Virus record (IMG/VR): IMGVR_UViG_3300042235_000109
From: a virus
Strand: one strand, 5' to 3'
DNA length: 64,000 bases
In this document: piece after piece, positions 28,604-43,065 of the stretch
Layout: each line of letters starts with the position of its first letter
How positions within the stretch are numbered: position 1 is the stretch's first letter
The notes under the pieces: model-generated
What the model was told of the DNA's origin: nothing
Databases searched by the model: none
What the model saw: only the letters and a program-made list of their open reading frames with translations
Position numbers and translations under genes: made by a program

Positions 28604-29976
28604 GCCGGTTTCCTTGCCCGGCGCGCGGGCTTCGCGGCCTCGTCGCGTTCGTCGATCCGGCTGGCCGTCCGCCCCGTCGCCATCTCCCACCGCCGCACGG
28701 CGACGTCGCAATAGATCGGGTCCAGCTCCATCGCGAAGCAGCGCCGCCCGACGCGTTCGGCGGCAACGATCTGGGTGCCGGAGCCGCAGAACGGCTCATA
28801 GATCAGATCGCCCGGATCCGAGAATGTGGTCAGCACCGCCTCGACCAACGCCACCGGGAACACCGCCGGGTGCGATCCGGCCGCGCCCAACCCGCCCTTG
28901 TGGCGCATGACCCGGAAGACACTGTCCGGGATGCGGTGGCTCTGGATCGCGTTGCCGGTGCCGTTCTTGGCGTGGACGCTGCCGTCGGCGCCGCGCAGCC
29001 CACCGCCGCCGAGGACCTCGCCCGCGTGTTTGGACGGGACGGTCTTGTGCGGCTTGCGGGGTGCGCGATTGAAGTGGAAAATGAACTCGTGCGACGGGGC
29101 CAGGCGTCCCTGCCAGTCGCCCGGCAGGCCCGGCCCCTGATCCCAGACATACCAGCCAAACCGTCGCCAGCCAGAGGCGCGCATCCATTCGACCCATCCT
29201 TCCCAATAGGGCTGCCACTCACTGTCGCGGTGCACGAGGCCGAGGTTGACCAGCAACTGCGCGTCCGCTGTGACCGGGGCCGTGGCGAACACGCCCTGCA
29301 TCAGCGCATCCCAATCGCCGACCTTTTCCTTGGCCGCGCCATAGTCGCGCTGCTGGGCGTAGGGCGGCGAGGTGAACATCAGCGTGGCCGCCTCATTCTG
29401 CATCAGCCTGGCGACAGCGGCCGGGTCGGTCGCGTCGCCGCAGCACAGCCGGTGCTTGCCGAGCGCCCAGATGTCGCCCGGCTTGGTGATGGGTTCGGCG
29501 GGCGGGGCGGGGATGGCATCGGTCGCATCGTCGTCGATCACCGTCTTGTCGTCGTCGCCCGCGTGCAGCAGGGCGTCCAGCTCGTCCTCCGGAATCCCGA
29601 TCAGCCCGAGGTCGAACTCCGCCGCCAGCAGCTCCTGCAATTCCTGCAGTAGCAGCGCCTCGTCCCAGCCGCCCAGCTCGGTCAATTTGTTGTCGGCGAT
29701 GCGATAGGCCCGGCGCTGTGCCTCGGTCAGATGGCCCAACACAATCACCGGGGCCTCGGACAGGCCGAGGTGGGCCGCCGCCAGGATGCGGCCATGGCCC
29801 GCGATCAATTCGCCGTCGGCGGCCACAAGGACTGGTACGGTCCAGCCGAACTCGGCCATGCTGGCAGCGATCCGCGCCACCTGATCGGCGTCATGGGTCT
29901 TGGCGTTGCGGGCATAGGGCTTCAGGCGGTCCAGCGGCCAGAACTCGATCTGGCTGGGACGCAAATGCATGCTCAT
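28600..29976 (-). CDS. ParB-N fused beta-class amino DNA methyltransferase (SPPY, likely m4C)
   Basis: ParB-like IAGHGR; TSPPY motif IV; HPAVFP; EPFCGSGT motif I. Confidence 0.9.
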   Translation of the reverse strand: MSMHLRPSQIEFWPLDRLKPYARNAKTHDADQVARIAASMAEFGWTVPVLVAADGELIAGHGRILAAAHLGLSEAPVIVLGHLTEAQRRAYRIADNKLTELGGWDEALLLQELQELLAAEFDLGLIGIPEDELDALLHAGDDDKTVIDDDATDAIPAPPAEPITKPGDIWALGKHRLCCGDATDPAAVARLMQNEAATLMFTSPPYAQQRDYGAAKEKVGDWDALMQGVFATAPVTADAQLLVNLGLVHRDSEWQPYWEGWVEWMRASGWRRFGWYVWDQGPGLPGDWQGRLAPSHEFIFHFNRAPRKPHKTVPSKHAGEVLGGGGLRGADGSVHAKNGTGNAIQSHRIPDSVFRVMRHKGGLGAAGSHPAVFPVALVEAVLTTFSDPGDLIYEPFCGSGTQIVAAERVGRRCFAMELDPIYCDVAVRRWEMATGRTASRIDERDEAAKPARRARKPA

Positions 29977-31232
29977 GCAGTCAACCGTTTGGCCTTGAGG
30001 CTGGCGAAGCTCTCGCCGGTGTCCGCCAGCACCGCTTCCGCGCCGGTGAAGGACTGCCAGCGCTCGATGGCGACATCGACATAGGCCGGGTCGAGCTCGA
30101 CCCCGTAGCAGATCCGTTCGGTGGTTTCCGCCGCGATCAGCGTGGTGCCGGATCCCATGAAGGGTTCAAACACCGCCTGGCCGGGGCTGGAATTGTTCAG
30201 GATCGGGCGGCGCATGCATTCCACCGGCTTCTGGGTGCCGTGCACGGTCTCGGCGTCCTGATCCTTGCTGGAAATGTTCCAGAGCGTCGTCTGCTTGCGG
30301 TCACCGGCCCAATGTCCCTTGCCGGTCTTCTTGACGGCATACCAGCAGGGTTCATGCTGCCAGTGGTAATCGCCGCGGCTGAGCACCAGCCGATCCTTGG
30401 CCCAGATGATCTGCGAGCGGATGGCAAAACCCGAGACGATCAGCGACTCCGCCACCTCGGCGGCATGCAGCGCACCGTGCCAGACATAGGCTACGTCGCC
30501 GGGGAACAGGGCCCAAACCTCGCGCCAATCCGCTCGGTCGTCGTTCAGCACCTTGCCGGTTCGTTTGGTTTTGGCCGCGCCCGCTTGGTTGCGCCAGCTT
30601 GGGTCATAGTCCACGCCGTAGGGCGGGTCCGTCACCATCAGCAGGGGGCGAACATCGCCGAGCAGCCGCCCGACCACATCGGCGGACGTGCTGTCGCCGC
30701 ATATCAGCCGATGCGATCCAAGCTGCCAGAGGTCGCCCGCCACCGACACCGGCGTGACCGGCGGCTCGGGAATGTCATCCTCGCCCTCGCCAGCGCCGCC
30801 TTCGACCTGATCCGGATCGCGCAACAGCGCATCCAGATCCGCGTCGGTGATGCCCAGCAGCGACAGATCGAAATCCTCGGCCAGCAGCCCCGCGATCTCG
30901 TCGCGCAGCAGCGCCTCGTCCCACTCGCCCAACTCGGTCAATTTATTGTCGGCGATCCGGTAGGCCCGGCGCTCGGCTTCGTCGAGATGGCCGAGCCGGA
31001 TCACCGGCACGTCGGTCAACCCCAACATGGTCGCCGCCAACACCCGGCCATGCCCCGCGATCAGTTCGCCATCGTCGGCCACCAGGCAGGGCACGGTCCA
31101 ACCGAACTTGGCCATGCTGGCGGCGATCTTGGCAACCTGGTCCGTGCCGTGGACCTTGGCATTGCGCGCATAGGGGCGCAGCCGGTCGAGAGGCCACGTC
31201 TCGATCTGGCTCGGCGCGAAGACCAGGTCCAT
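29973..31232 (-). CDS. ParB-N fused beta-class amino DNA methyltransferase (DPPY)
   Basis: IAGHGR; TDPPY; HGTQKP; EPFMGSGTT. Confidence 0.9.
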   Translation of the reverse strand: MDLVFAPSQIETWPLDRLRPYARNAKVHGTDQVAKIAASMAKFGWTVPCLVADDGELIAGHGRVLAATMLGLTDVPVIRLGHLDEAERRAYRIADNKLTELGEWDEALLRDEIAGLLAEDFDLSLLGITDADLDALLRDPDQVEGGAGEGEDDIPEPPVTPVSVAGDLWQLGSHRLICGDSTSADVVGRLLGDVRPLLMVTDPPYGVDYDPSWRNQAGAAKTKRTGKVLNDDRADWREVWALFPGDVAYVWHGALHAAEVAESLIVSGFAIRSQIIWAKDRLVLSRGDYHWQHEPCWYAVKKTGKGHWAGDRKQTTLWNISSKDQDAETVHGTQKPVECMRRPILNNSSPGQAVFEPFMGSGTTLIAAETTERICYGVELDPAYVDVAIERWQSFTGAEAVLADTGESFASLKAKRLTA

Positions 31233-31418
31233 GGGGTGGCTTCCTTGTGTGGAAGGGCGGGCACGCCGATGCACGCTGGGCGATGCCAGCGGCAGGATCG
31301 GGATCCGCGATGTCGGGAAACGAAAATCGCCCGCGAGGGGGCGTGTCCTCCGGGCGCAAATTTTCGATGATCAAGGGGTAGGTCAAGGGGGGCAGCTTTG
31401 TCAAACAAAAAATGCATC

Positions 31419-31601
31419 TGGATTCAATGGCTTCCCGGCAGGTGGCTTCCGCTGGCTGGCTTCCGGCGTGGTGGCTTCCGACAACTGGATTCCCTGGCTT
31501 CCGCAAAAGAATCCAGCACGCCAAGGTCGTGATTCCGCAACCCTTTGATAATGAGTCTCTTTTCCCAAGATTGGCCGGCAGGTGGATTCCACCTGGATTC
31601 C
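31419..31601. repeat. Cluster of TGG(C/A)TTCC octamers next to the putative cos
   Basis: Copies at 31428, 31443, 31457, 31472, 31486, 31495, 31583, 31594; partial at 31419. Confidence 0.8.
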
Positions 31602-31613
31602 CCGGTGAAAATG

Positions 31614-31675
31614 CCTGTCGCTAGCGAAATGCTGCGCTGCGCCCCCCCGTATACGTTTGGCGCCGGGGAGGAACC
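31614..31675 (-). other. Putative cos (cosQ/cosN-like) packaging site of the prophage
   Basis: Minus strand GGTTCCTCC-N11-CGTATACGGGGGGGCGCAGCGCA resembles lambda cosQ-cosN layout; homologous to 59090-59150. Confidence 0.65.
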
Positions 31676-31728
31676 ATTGGGAGGGGGCTCAAGCAAAGGT
31701 TTGCAACTTCATGCGTAACGGCTGGTTT

Positions 31729-32667
31729 TCAACGAATGCGCATTCGCTCGGGATCGAATTCCAGCGTGATCGTCCTCCATTCCTCGTATTCATCAGGCCG
31801 CAATTCAAAGCCGCCTGCACCGCAACGAATGATCGCTCTTCTCGCAGCTTCAAAAGCTTGCTTCGCCGCCGCTTCATTCGTGCTGTTATGGGACACCATC
31901 GTGATGCTTTCAGGCTCAGGCATGCCATTTTCCGCCAGATTGACAGAAACTTTAATACTTACCTGGAGCGCTTCAGCGGACAGCGATCCAACATTCCAAC
32001 AGCTTTGAATTTTGGTTGCAAGCGCAGCTTTTCCCGCTGCGGGTAAGCGGACATCGGCAGCTCCATCAGAATTTTGCGGCAAGTCGGCGTCAGCTGTGGC
32101 AGCTGGTGCGGCGCTTGTTAAATCAGAGTTGTCCGAATTAGGTCCTGCTGCCGTTTCAACTTCCAGGTTATCAAATGCACCCTGAAGTTTGAGGTTGAGG
32201 GCTGCTCCTGCGAGTGCGCTGAACGCGGTGACCTGCACTGCATCAGGGTCAGAACTGCCAGGTCCCCAGGGGCGTTGAACCGAACGCAAGACATTGTCTT
32301 CGCAATAGACGTCGGCGTGAATTTGTTCTCCATTCAACATGATGCGAAATCGACCTACCGGCCCTCGATCGTCCTCAAGGGTCCAGACTTTGGAAAATGG
32401 CATGATATTTGACAGGACTGCGCCAAGATTGACGGCGGATTGTAGCGTTCCTCTGCAATATTGAGCTGTCTCAAATTCCTCGCCGGACTCGCCACGTTTT
32501 AGCGTTTCACCCAGCAGGCCGGGCGCAGCTTCCAGCAGCTTTTCGGCTTCGGCCATGCCTTGCTTCGCCATTCCGGTCGCAATGTCCGCATAGATATTCT
32601 GTGCTTGTGCAGTCGATACAGTCACTGAAGCGGCACAAGCTAAGGCTAAAAATATCGTGCCATTCAT
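31729..32667 (-). CDS. Secreted protein with C-terminal TolA/TonB-like domain
   Basis: Signal peptide (AQA); IQSCWNVGSLS...AFEAARRAIIRC...YEEWRTITLEFDP resembles alphaproteobacterial TolA C-terminus. Confidence 0.7.
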   Translation of the reverse strand: MNGTIFLALACAASVTVSTAQAQNIYADIATGMAKQGMAEAEKLLEAAPGLLGETLKRGESGEEFETAQYCRGTLQSAVNLGAVLSNIMPFSKVWTLEDDRGPVGRFRIMLNGEQIHADVYCEDNVLRSVQRPWGPGSSDPDAVQVTAFSALAGAALNLKLQGAFDNLEVETAAGPNSDNSDLTSAAPAATADADLPQNSDGAADVRLPAAGKAALATKIQSCWNVGSLSAEALQVSIKVSVNLAENGMPEPESITMVSHNSTNEAAAKQAFEAARRAIIRCGAGGFELRPDEYEEWRTITLEFDPERMRIR

Positions 32668-33539
32668 ATGGCTTTGTCTCCTGATAAAAGTTTTCTGAAC
32701 TCACTTTCTCCCATGATCCGGATAGGGTGGCCAGCATCGCGCTTGTCTTCCGCTTTGCGGTGCTTGCTGCTTTTCGTGTGGCCCGCCAAGACGCTGAGGT
32801 CTTGGTCTCCCACGACCAAGTGCGTGGTCTGATTGGTCACGCTCGTTTTGACGTTCATGCCCGCGTTGGCGGCAAGATCGGAAGCGGTCTCGCGTGACAT
32901 GTCAAGATTGCCGGTAAACACCACTGTGCAACCAGCCAGCACGCCGGTTGCATTGCCGGTTCGGGTCTGCTTCGCTGAAAAGCTGGGTTTGGAGGCCGGA
33001 ATGATCAGCTGTTCGAATGGCATTGACAGATGGGCTTCGGCATGCAGCACGACCATGGCTGCTGCTCGGGCATCCTCGCCAGCGTCATGATGGCGGAACT
33101 GCAGGTTCAGGGTGCGCTTGAGGTTGGCAAGTCCGTGCCCGCCGTTGCCCCTCAACTCTGGCCACGCACGCCGGGCAATTATCACGCTGTCGCTCCAGCG
33201 AAGGTCCGGAGTGGGGAGACCGCAAAAACCACAGGCTGCATTCATCGCCTGCTTGTCGAAATTACTGTGCTGGACAAGGTGGTGCGTTGCAAGCAGCGGC
33301 AACAGCGCGCTCAAGGCATCGGGAAAGCGGGGCGCATCGGCAACATGATCGGGTCCAATGCCGTGAAGCTGCATGTTGAACGCGTCAAACCTGGTGCCGG
33401 GATTGACCAGCATTGAGAACGTCTGGATCTGGTTGTCAGGCTGAACGCAGGCCAGCCCGATCTGGCAGATGCTGCTCGCATCGCTGCAGGCGGTTTCTAC
33501 ATCCAGCGCGATAAAGCGGAAATCGCCTTCGGGGATCAT
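32664..33539 (-). CDS. DEDDh 3'-5' exonuclease (DnaQ-like) with C-terminal BRCT domain
   Basis: ALDVET, HSNFD, HHDAGEDA; VVFTGNL..SRE...TTHLVVG BRCT. Confidence 0.9.
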   Translation of the reverse strand: MIPEGDFRFIALDVETACSDASSICQIGLACVQPDNQIQTFSMLVNPGTRFDAFNMQLHGIGPDHVADAPRFPDALSALLPLLATHHLVQHSNFDKQAMNAACGFCGLPTPDLRWSDSVIIARRAWPELRGNGGHGLANLKRTLNLQFRHHDAGEDARAAAMVVLHAEAHLSMPFEQLIIPASKPSFSAKQTRTGNATGVLAGCTVVFTGNLDMSRETASDLAANAGMNVKTSVTNQTTHLVVGDQDLSVLAGHTKSSKHRKAEDKRDAGHPIRIMGESEFRKLLSGDKAI

Positions 33540-33913
33540 GGGGCGCATCGCTTTGCGGCCTCAAGCGTGCTGGCGTAGATCAGGCAGGTTTCGATGTCAT
33601 CGAGGCGCGATGCCATATCCTTGGCAATCTTCAGGTTCTTGTTGAAATCTTCGACCAACGCGTTGTGCTTCCGAAGGAGGTTATCGTGCGCCTCGACACA
33701 TTCGGTGACGTTGGATTTGCAGGTGAAGCCCTCGTAGTTGCACTGATACTTATTGAAGCAGGCGGCATCGCGGTCGACGCACATCCCGCTGCTGGAACAG
33801 ACCTTGTCGCCATAGTCGAGGCAGGCGGGTTGGGTGCCGATCCGGCATGAAAAGCTCTGGCCGAATGCGGGTGCGGCGAGGGTCAAGGCCATCATCAGGA
33901 TTGGCAAACGCAT
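33536..33913 (-). CDS. Small secreted cysteine-rich protein
   Basis: Signal peptide; Cys-dense N-half; coiled-coil C-half. Confidence 0.7.
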   Translation of the reverse strand: MRLPILMMALTLAAPAFGQSFSCRIGTQPACLDYGDKVCSSSGMCVDRDAACFNKYQCNYEGFTCKSNVTECVEAHDNLLRKHNALVEDFNKNLKIAKDMASRLDDIETCLIYASTLEAAKRCAP

Positions 33914-33917
33914 CTGA

Positions 33918-37058
<3,141 letters not shown>

Positions 37059-37164
37059 CCGGTGTCCTTCGGTTTGTCGCTCACTTGTTCCACACAACGC
37101 ATTTTGTCATTCACTTTGGCCGCGAATATGACACACAAAACGGTTTGATGCGCATAAGTGATCC

Positions 37165-38283
37165 TCAAAACGCCGTCCGCCCTTCGCAGATGTTCAGCAG
37201 ATCGGGGAAAGCCAGAACGGCAGGCCGCTGACCGCTTGCGGGCCGTATCTCCCGCAGCAGCCCGTTTTCACGCACCAGACGCAGGATGCGCCGTGCCGTT
37301 GGCGTTGGAATGTCCACCTGCGCCACGAAATCCGACGCCACAAAGATCGGGCGGCCGAAGAACCAGTCGAGCGCGCGCACGCCATATTGCGACCGCGTGG
37401 CCCCGACCATCCAGTCCTTGCGCGCGGTGTATAGCGCATGGATCGCCTGTGCCTTGGCCTGATTGGTGCCCGCCTGTTCGATGATCGCGCGCAGGAAAAA
37501 CCCGCACCAGCCGGTCCAGTCGCCATCCCGCGACACCGCCAGCAGGCGATCGTAATATTCGTCGCGGTGAGCTTCCAGATACTCCGACAGGTAAAAGTTC
37601 GGCGCCGACAGCAGGCCCTTGGATTTCAGGAACAAAGGGATGATCAACCGCCCCAGCCGCCCGTTGCCATCCAGAAACGGGTGGATCGCCTCGAACTCGG
37701 CATGCAGCACGGCAAGCTGGATCAGCGCATCGGGGGCAGGGGCGTGGATATAATCCTCCCACGCGCTCATCGCACCGGGCAGCGCCTCGGCGGAACAGGG
37801 GATGAAGCGCGCCTGTTCGATGGTGCAGCCTTCGGGGCCGATCCAGTTGGGGATGCGGCGATACTCGCCCGGTGCCTTTCCCTGGCCGCGCACACCCTGC
37901 ATCAGGCGCGCGTGGGTCAACCGGATCAGGCGTTGCGACAGGGGCAATTCCTCCAGCAGCCGCGCGGCCTCGGCCAGTGCGGCGCGATAGTTCAGCACCT
38001 CGTGGATATCGGCCTTTTTGGGCGTGCTTTCATCGCCCGGCTCGCCCTCGGCCTCGAATTCCAGCACCTCGCCGATGGTGGCCTGCGTGCCCTCGATCCG
38101 GCTGGACAGCACGGCCTCTTGCGTGGTCAGGGGTGAGAGCAGCACGTTGGGGTTGGGGATGCCGTGCAGCACGCCCTCATAGCGCGCGACGGCGGCATTG
38201 GCCGGGCCGATCAGCGGCAAAAGCTGCGGCCAGTCGAGCGCATCGGGCGGGAAGCGGCCCTGATGATAGACAACCGCCATCAC
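37165..38283 (-). CDS. Fic-family protein with N-terminal inhibitory-type motif
   Basis: HPFLDGNGRLGR Fic motif; SSRIEG. Confidence 0.92.
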   Translation of the reverse strand: MMAVVYHQGRFPPDALDWPQLLPLIGPANAAVARYEGVLHGIPNPNVLLSPLTTQEAVLSSRIEGTQATIGEVLEFEAEGEPGDESTPKKADIHEVLNYRAALAEAARLLEELPLSQRLIRLTHARLMQGVRGQGKAPGEYRRIPNWIGPEGCTIEQARFIPCSAEALPGAMSAWEDYIHAPAPDALIQLAVLHAEFEAIHPFLDGNGRLGRLIIPLFLKSKGLLSAPNFYLSEYLEAHRDEYYDRLLAVSRDGDWTGWCGFFLRAIIEQAGTNQAKAQAIHALYTARKDWMVGATRSQYGVRALDWFFGRPIFVASDFVAQVDIPTPTARRILRLVRENGLLREIRPASGQRPAVLAFPDLLNICEGRTAF

Positions 38284-39505
38284 GCCACCTCGCTTGCGAG
38301 GCTTTCAGCCTCGGCCACCCGCAATTCCCCCGACATCAGGCGCGGCAGCAGGAGGTCGCGGGTCTGGGCGAGGGTGCGGGATTCCTCATGGTTCTGCCGT
38401 ATCAAATCAAAGAGCGGAGCAATCGCAGCGTCGAAGGCGGAATGAATTCTGGCGCTCGCGCGAAGAAACGGCACTCGCCGGAGGTTTGCCTGATTTAACT
38501 TCGGCTGCACAGCGCCGGTGACGAATGGCCGGATATCGACTTGGTCGAAGAACAGCTTGAGCTGCTCCACACTCAATTCGCGTCCCTTAATAACATGCGC
38601 ATGGTTGTTCACCCAGATTTTGCCCCAGACATACTGCGTGAATGGCCGCCCGTCTGCTTGTGCAACAGATCCATCCTCTCCAAGCAGTAGAAGCTTTTCG
38701 TCGAACAGGAAGTCGTCGATGTGATCCATAACAGACGTTGCCCCATGATAGGGATAGCGCCCTTGCCGCTTCGCGCGTTCCCGGGACGACAACGGCACGC
38801 GCTTGTGGTCGAGTAGCTCGATCACTTCGCCGATGGTCGAAACCTCCCACCCCTCCGGCTTGCCCTCGGCGTCGAGGCGGTCGGGGAAGAGGGACCAGAG
38901 GTCGGGGGAGAGGTAGGGGGCGCGGCCTTCGGCCTTGGCGCGGGTGGGGCCGAAATCGACAAACCAGTCGCGGAACAGCGCCCGCGCCATGGCCTCCAGC
39001 GTGGCGTTCATCTTCCGGTTCAGCTCGATCTTGTCATCCAGCGCCCCGAGGGTGGCGGCGATGGCTGCGCGCTGCGATGGCTCGATTGTTGGCAACTCGT
39101 ATTCAGCTATCGACTGCCAAGCGACGCGCTGTCGGCCAGACGTTCCAGACATCTGCTTCTCGGCAAAGCGCCGAAACTCCGGGTCTCTCGTGACATAATA
39201 GACGAATAGGCTATCAGCCTGCGATCTTGCACGCATAACAATGAACTCGGTTGAGCCGTGCCCTGACATGCCTGCTCCTAAGGTGGAAACATAGCCGCCC
39301 TTGCCGTTCTCCAAGCATGGCGTGATCCGCGCGAAGAGTGTGTCGCCGTTCTCGAACTTTGAACCTGAACCTGAGAACTCGCGCACCCGAACTTCCGGAA
39401 TATCTCGCGCATTGGTTGGTAGCGCCGCCATTTCGATAAACGGTGCCAAAACGCCCTTCTGCAGTCGAATCGATGGGTTGAACTCGACTAGGTCGCTTAG
39501 CTTAT

Positions 39506-39509
<4 letters not shown>
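38280..39509 (-). CDS. hsdS: Type I R-M specificity subunit S
   Basis: Two TRDs with conserved LDDKIELN and [12 protein letters not shown] helices. Confidence 0.95.
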
Positions 39510-41059
<1,550 letters not shown>

Positions 41060-41124
41060 TGGTAAATTTTCCCCCGGAACTGCTTTTCCGCAGCGTATTT
41101 CAGCCAGAAGCTGAAATCCAGCCA

Positions 41125-41802
41125 TTAAGAGGACGTTGCTCCTTGCCGAGATTGCCACGGCCGCACCTTCGGCATCGCCGCTGTAACTTCGACCTCGCGC
41201 AGCATCCCGCCCGCCATCAACCCATCCCGGAGCCAATCCAGCGCCCGCCACCAATCCTCATACCCGCGCTGGGCGGAGGCGATCTGTTCCGGATGGGGGC
41301 GCCAGGTGACCGGGCAAGCCAGCACTTCGACCGTGCGCCATTTACCTCGGGTCAGCAGGCGTTCGGTGCCGACGACGATGGTGCTGGCCCGTTCGCCATG
41401 CTGGTTGCGCTTCACCTCGACCGGCACACATCGCGGCACGACGCCGGGCATCCAGTCGGGCGTCAGCCCGGCGCGGGCCAGTTCCGCCACCCGGATCGCC
41501 ATGCGGATGCCGCCGAGGCTGTCTGGCATTCCGGCGACGGTGGCGGCGATCAATTCGGCATCGGGATGAGTGTAACTGCCCATTTTGTGCTGCCCGCCAT
41601 CGACCTTGCAGCCCAGCGCGGCACGCTGCAGCAGGACGTATTCGAGGCCGAAACCGAAGCCCTCCTCGGTCACGTCCTTTGGCGGCGGCAATTCCAGCTG
41701 GGCCTTTTCCACCCGGAACGCCCATTCCAGCGCCGCCTGCACGCCCAGCGTGCGTTTGACCTTGCTGCCGCCAATGCGGCCAATCCGCCCCTGGATGCTC
41801 AT
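41125..41802 (-). CDS. Conserved phage hypothetical protein in late-regulator (Q-like) position
   Basis: ALEWAF..EKA, HPDAE motifs; last gene of early operon. Confidence 0.55.
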   Translation of the reverse strand: MSIQGRIGRIGGSKVKRTLGVQAALEWAFRVEKAQLELPPPKDVTEEGFGFGLEYVLLQRAALGCKVDGGQHKMGSYTHPDAELIAATVAGMPDSLGGIRMAIRVAELARAGLTPDWMPGVVPRCVPVEVKRNQHGERASTIVVGTERLLTRGKWRTVEVLACPVTWRPHPEQIASAQRGYEDWWRALDWLRDGLMAGGMLREVEVTAAMPKVRPWQSRQGATSS

Positions 41803-43061
41803 GGTTGCAATCTTTCAAGGAAATCCATCTGCGCCGGGCGCTGGGCCTCGCCCAATGGCCGCCAGATCCACGGGCCCGAGGCCATGGGCAGCTGCGAGAG
41901 AGCGCCACGCATGTGCTGCTGCCAGAGGGTGAACTCCGTTGCCGAGCAGGCGCAGAGCGCGTGCCCGATGGGCCAGCCCATCAGCCATCCGACGAAGAGC
42001 GGGTTCAGCCGCCGCCGTGCTCGGCCCTTCAGGATCCGCTTTGATGCGACGCGCCCATGCGAGGCAATCATCGAAGCCCAGAGCCGGCGCGAGATCGGGG
42101 CGTGATGCGAGGGTTTCAGCCCATCCGGCATGATCGCCGGGGCCGGGCGGGTGAATCCCTGCTCCGCCCGGTAATGCAGGATATCCATCCGGCTCTTGCC
42201 ATCCGCCCGGGTGACGCTGGCCGGGCTGCTGCCCTTCCAGTTCTGCGCCGCCGGTGTTGGCCACTGAAGCGCCTGCGCGCTGAGCTTCGGCTCGCCCCGG
42301 CTGTTGATCTTGCCATGAAGCCGGTCCATCTGGTCGTCGGCCACCGGCGTTTGCCATTGTGCCGCCTGCGCGGGCAGGGGCGGCATCCCGCCCGAACCAT
42401 AGCTCTGGCCCGGTCCACCCTTCGCCCCATCCGTCGCTTTCGGTGTCGACCAGCTGGTGATGCCCAGCGCCAGCGCTTCCGCCTTGCGGGTGAAATCGCT
42501 GTTGCCAGCCGGGTTGTAGTTGGCCGTGCCCGGATGCAGGCTCATCGGTGTGGGCCAGGATGAAGATGCGCAGCCGCTGGTGCGGCGCGCCAACTTCTGC
42601 CGCGCTGAACAGACCCGCCGCAGGCGTGTAGCCCAATCCCCAAAGCTCTCGCAGGACGGTTTCAAGGCCGAGTGTGACATGCCCGGCGACGTTTTCGAGG
42701 AACACCCATTGGGGGCGGCATTCGCCGATGACGCGGGCGACCTCGGGCCAGAGGTGACGGGGATCATCGGCACCGCCGCGCTTTCCAGCTGCGCTGAACG
42801 GTTGGCAGGGATATCCGGCGAGGACGGCATCAAACGCCCCGCAGAAGGGTCGGGCATCGAAACTGCGGATGTCGTCCCAGACTGGGGCAGGGGCGAAGTA
42901 TCCTGCGCGCTGGGCTGCGATGAGGACGGATCGCGGCCAGTCCTCCCATTCGACAAAGGCGCGGGTGTGATATCCGGGTTCGGCGAGCATGAGGCCCATA
43001 TCCAGGCCTCCGCCGCCTGCGCAGAGGGAGAGGCCGTGCCGGGGACGTGACACCATGCCAT
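41799..43061 (-). CDS. Alternative-frame polypeptide nested in C5-MTase gene (putative beta subunit)
   Basis: 420-codon same-strand open frame; four WxTP repeats; RLNPLFVGWLMGWP motif-IX-like. Confidence 0.65.
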   Translation of the reverse strand: MAWCHVPGTASPSAQAAEAWIWASCSPNPDITPAPLSNGRTGRDPSSSQPSAQDTSPLPQSGTTSAVSMPDPSAGRLMPSSPDIPANRSAQLESAAVPMIPVTSGPRSPASSANAAPNGCSSKTSPGMSHSALKPSCESFGDWATRLRRVCSARQKLARRTSGCASSSWPTPMSLHPGTANYNPAGNSDFTRKAEALALGITSWSTPKATDGAKGGPGQSYGSGGMPPLPAQAAQWQTPVADDQMDRLHGKINSRGEPKLSAQALQWPTPAAQNWKGSSPASVTRADGKSRMDILHYRAEQGFTRPAPAIMPDGLKPSHHAPISRRLWASMIASHGRVASKRILKGRARRRLNPLFVGWLMGWPIGHALCACSATEFTLWQQHMRGALSQLPMASGPWIWRPLGEAQRPAQMDFLERLQP

Positions 43062-43065
43062 TCAC
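41815..43065 (-). CDS. C5-cytosine DNA methyltransferase (alpha polypeptide)
   Basis: SLCAGGGG (I), GYPCQPFS (IV), ENV (VI), HQRLRIF (VIII), LRLLGNGV (X). Confidence 0.9.
   Translation of the reverse strand: MNGMVSRPRHGLSLCAGGGGLDMGLMLAEPGYHTRAFVEWEDWPRSVLIAAQRAGYFAPAPVWDDIRSFDARPFCGAFDAVLAGYPCQPFSAAGKRGGADDPRHLWPEVARVIGECRPQWVFLENVAGHVTLGLETVLRELWGLGYTPAAGLFSAAEVGAPHQRLRIFILAHTDEPASGHGQLQPGWQQRFHPQGGSAGAGHHQLVDTESDGWGEGWTGPELWFGRDAAPARAGGTMANAGGRRPDGPASWQDQQPGRAEAQRAGASVANTGGAELEGQQPGQRHPGGWQEPDGYPALPGGAGIHPPGPGDHAGWAETLASRPDLAPALGFDDCLAWARRIKADPEGPSTAAAEPALRRMADGLAHRARALRLLGNGVHPLAAAHAWRSLAAAHGLGPVDLAAIGRGPAPGADGFP

Noticed and set aside
31419..31601. CRISPR array
   Set aside because: 8-bp repeats with 1-7 nt gaps; no cas genes in window
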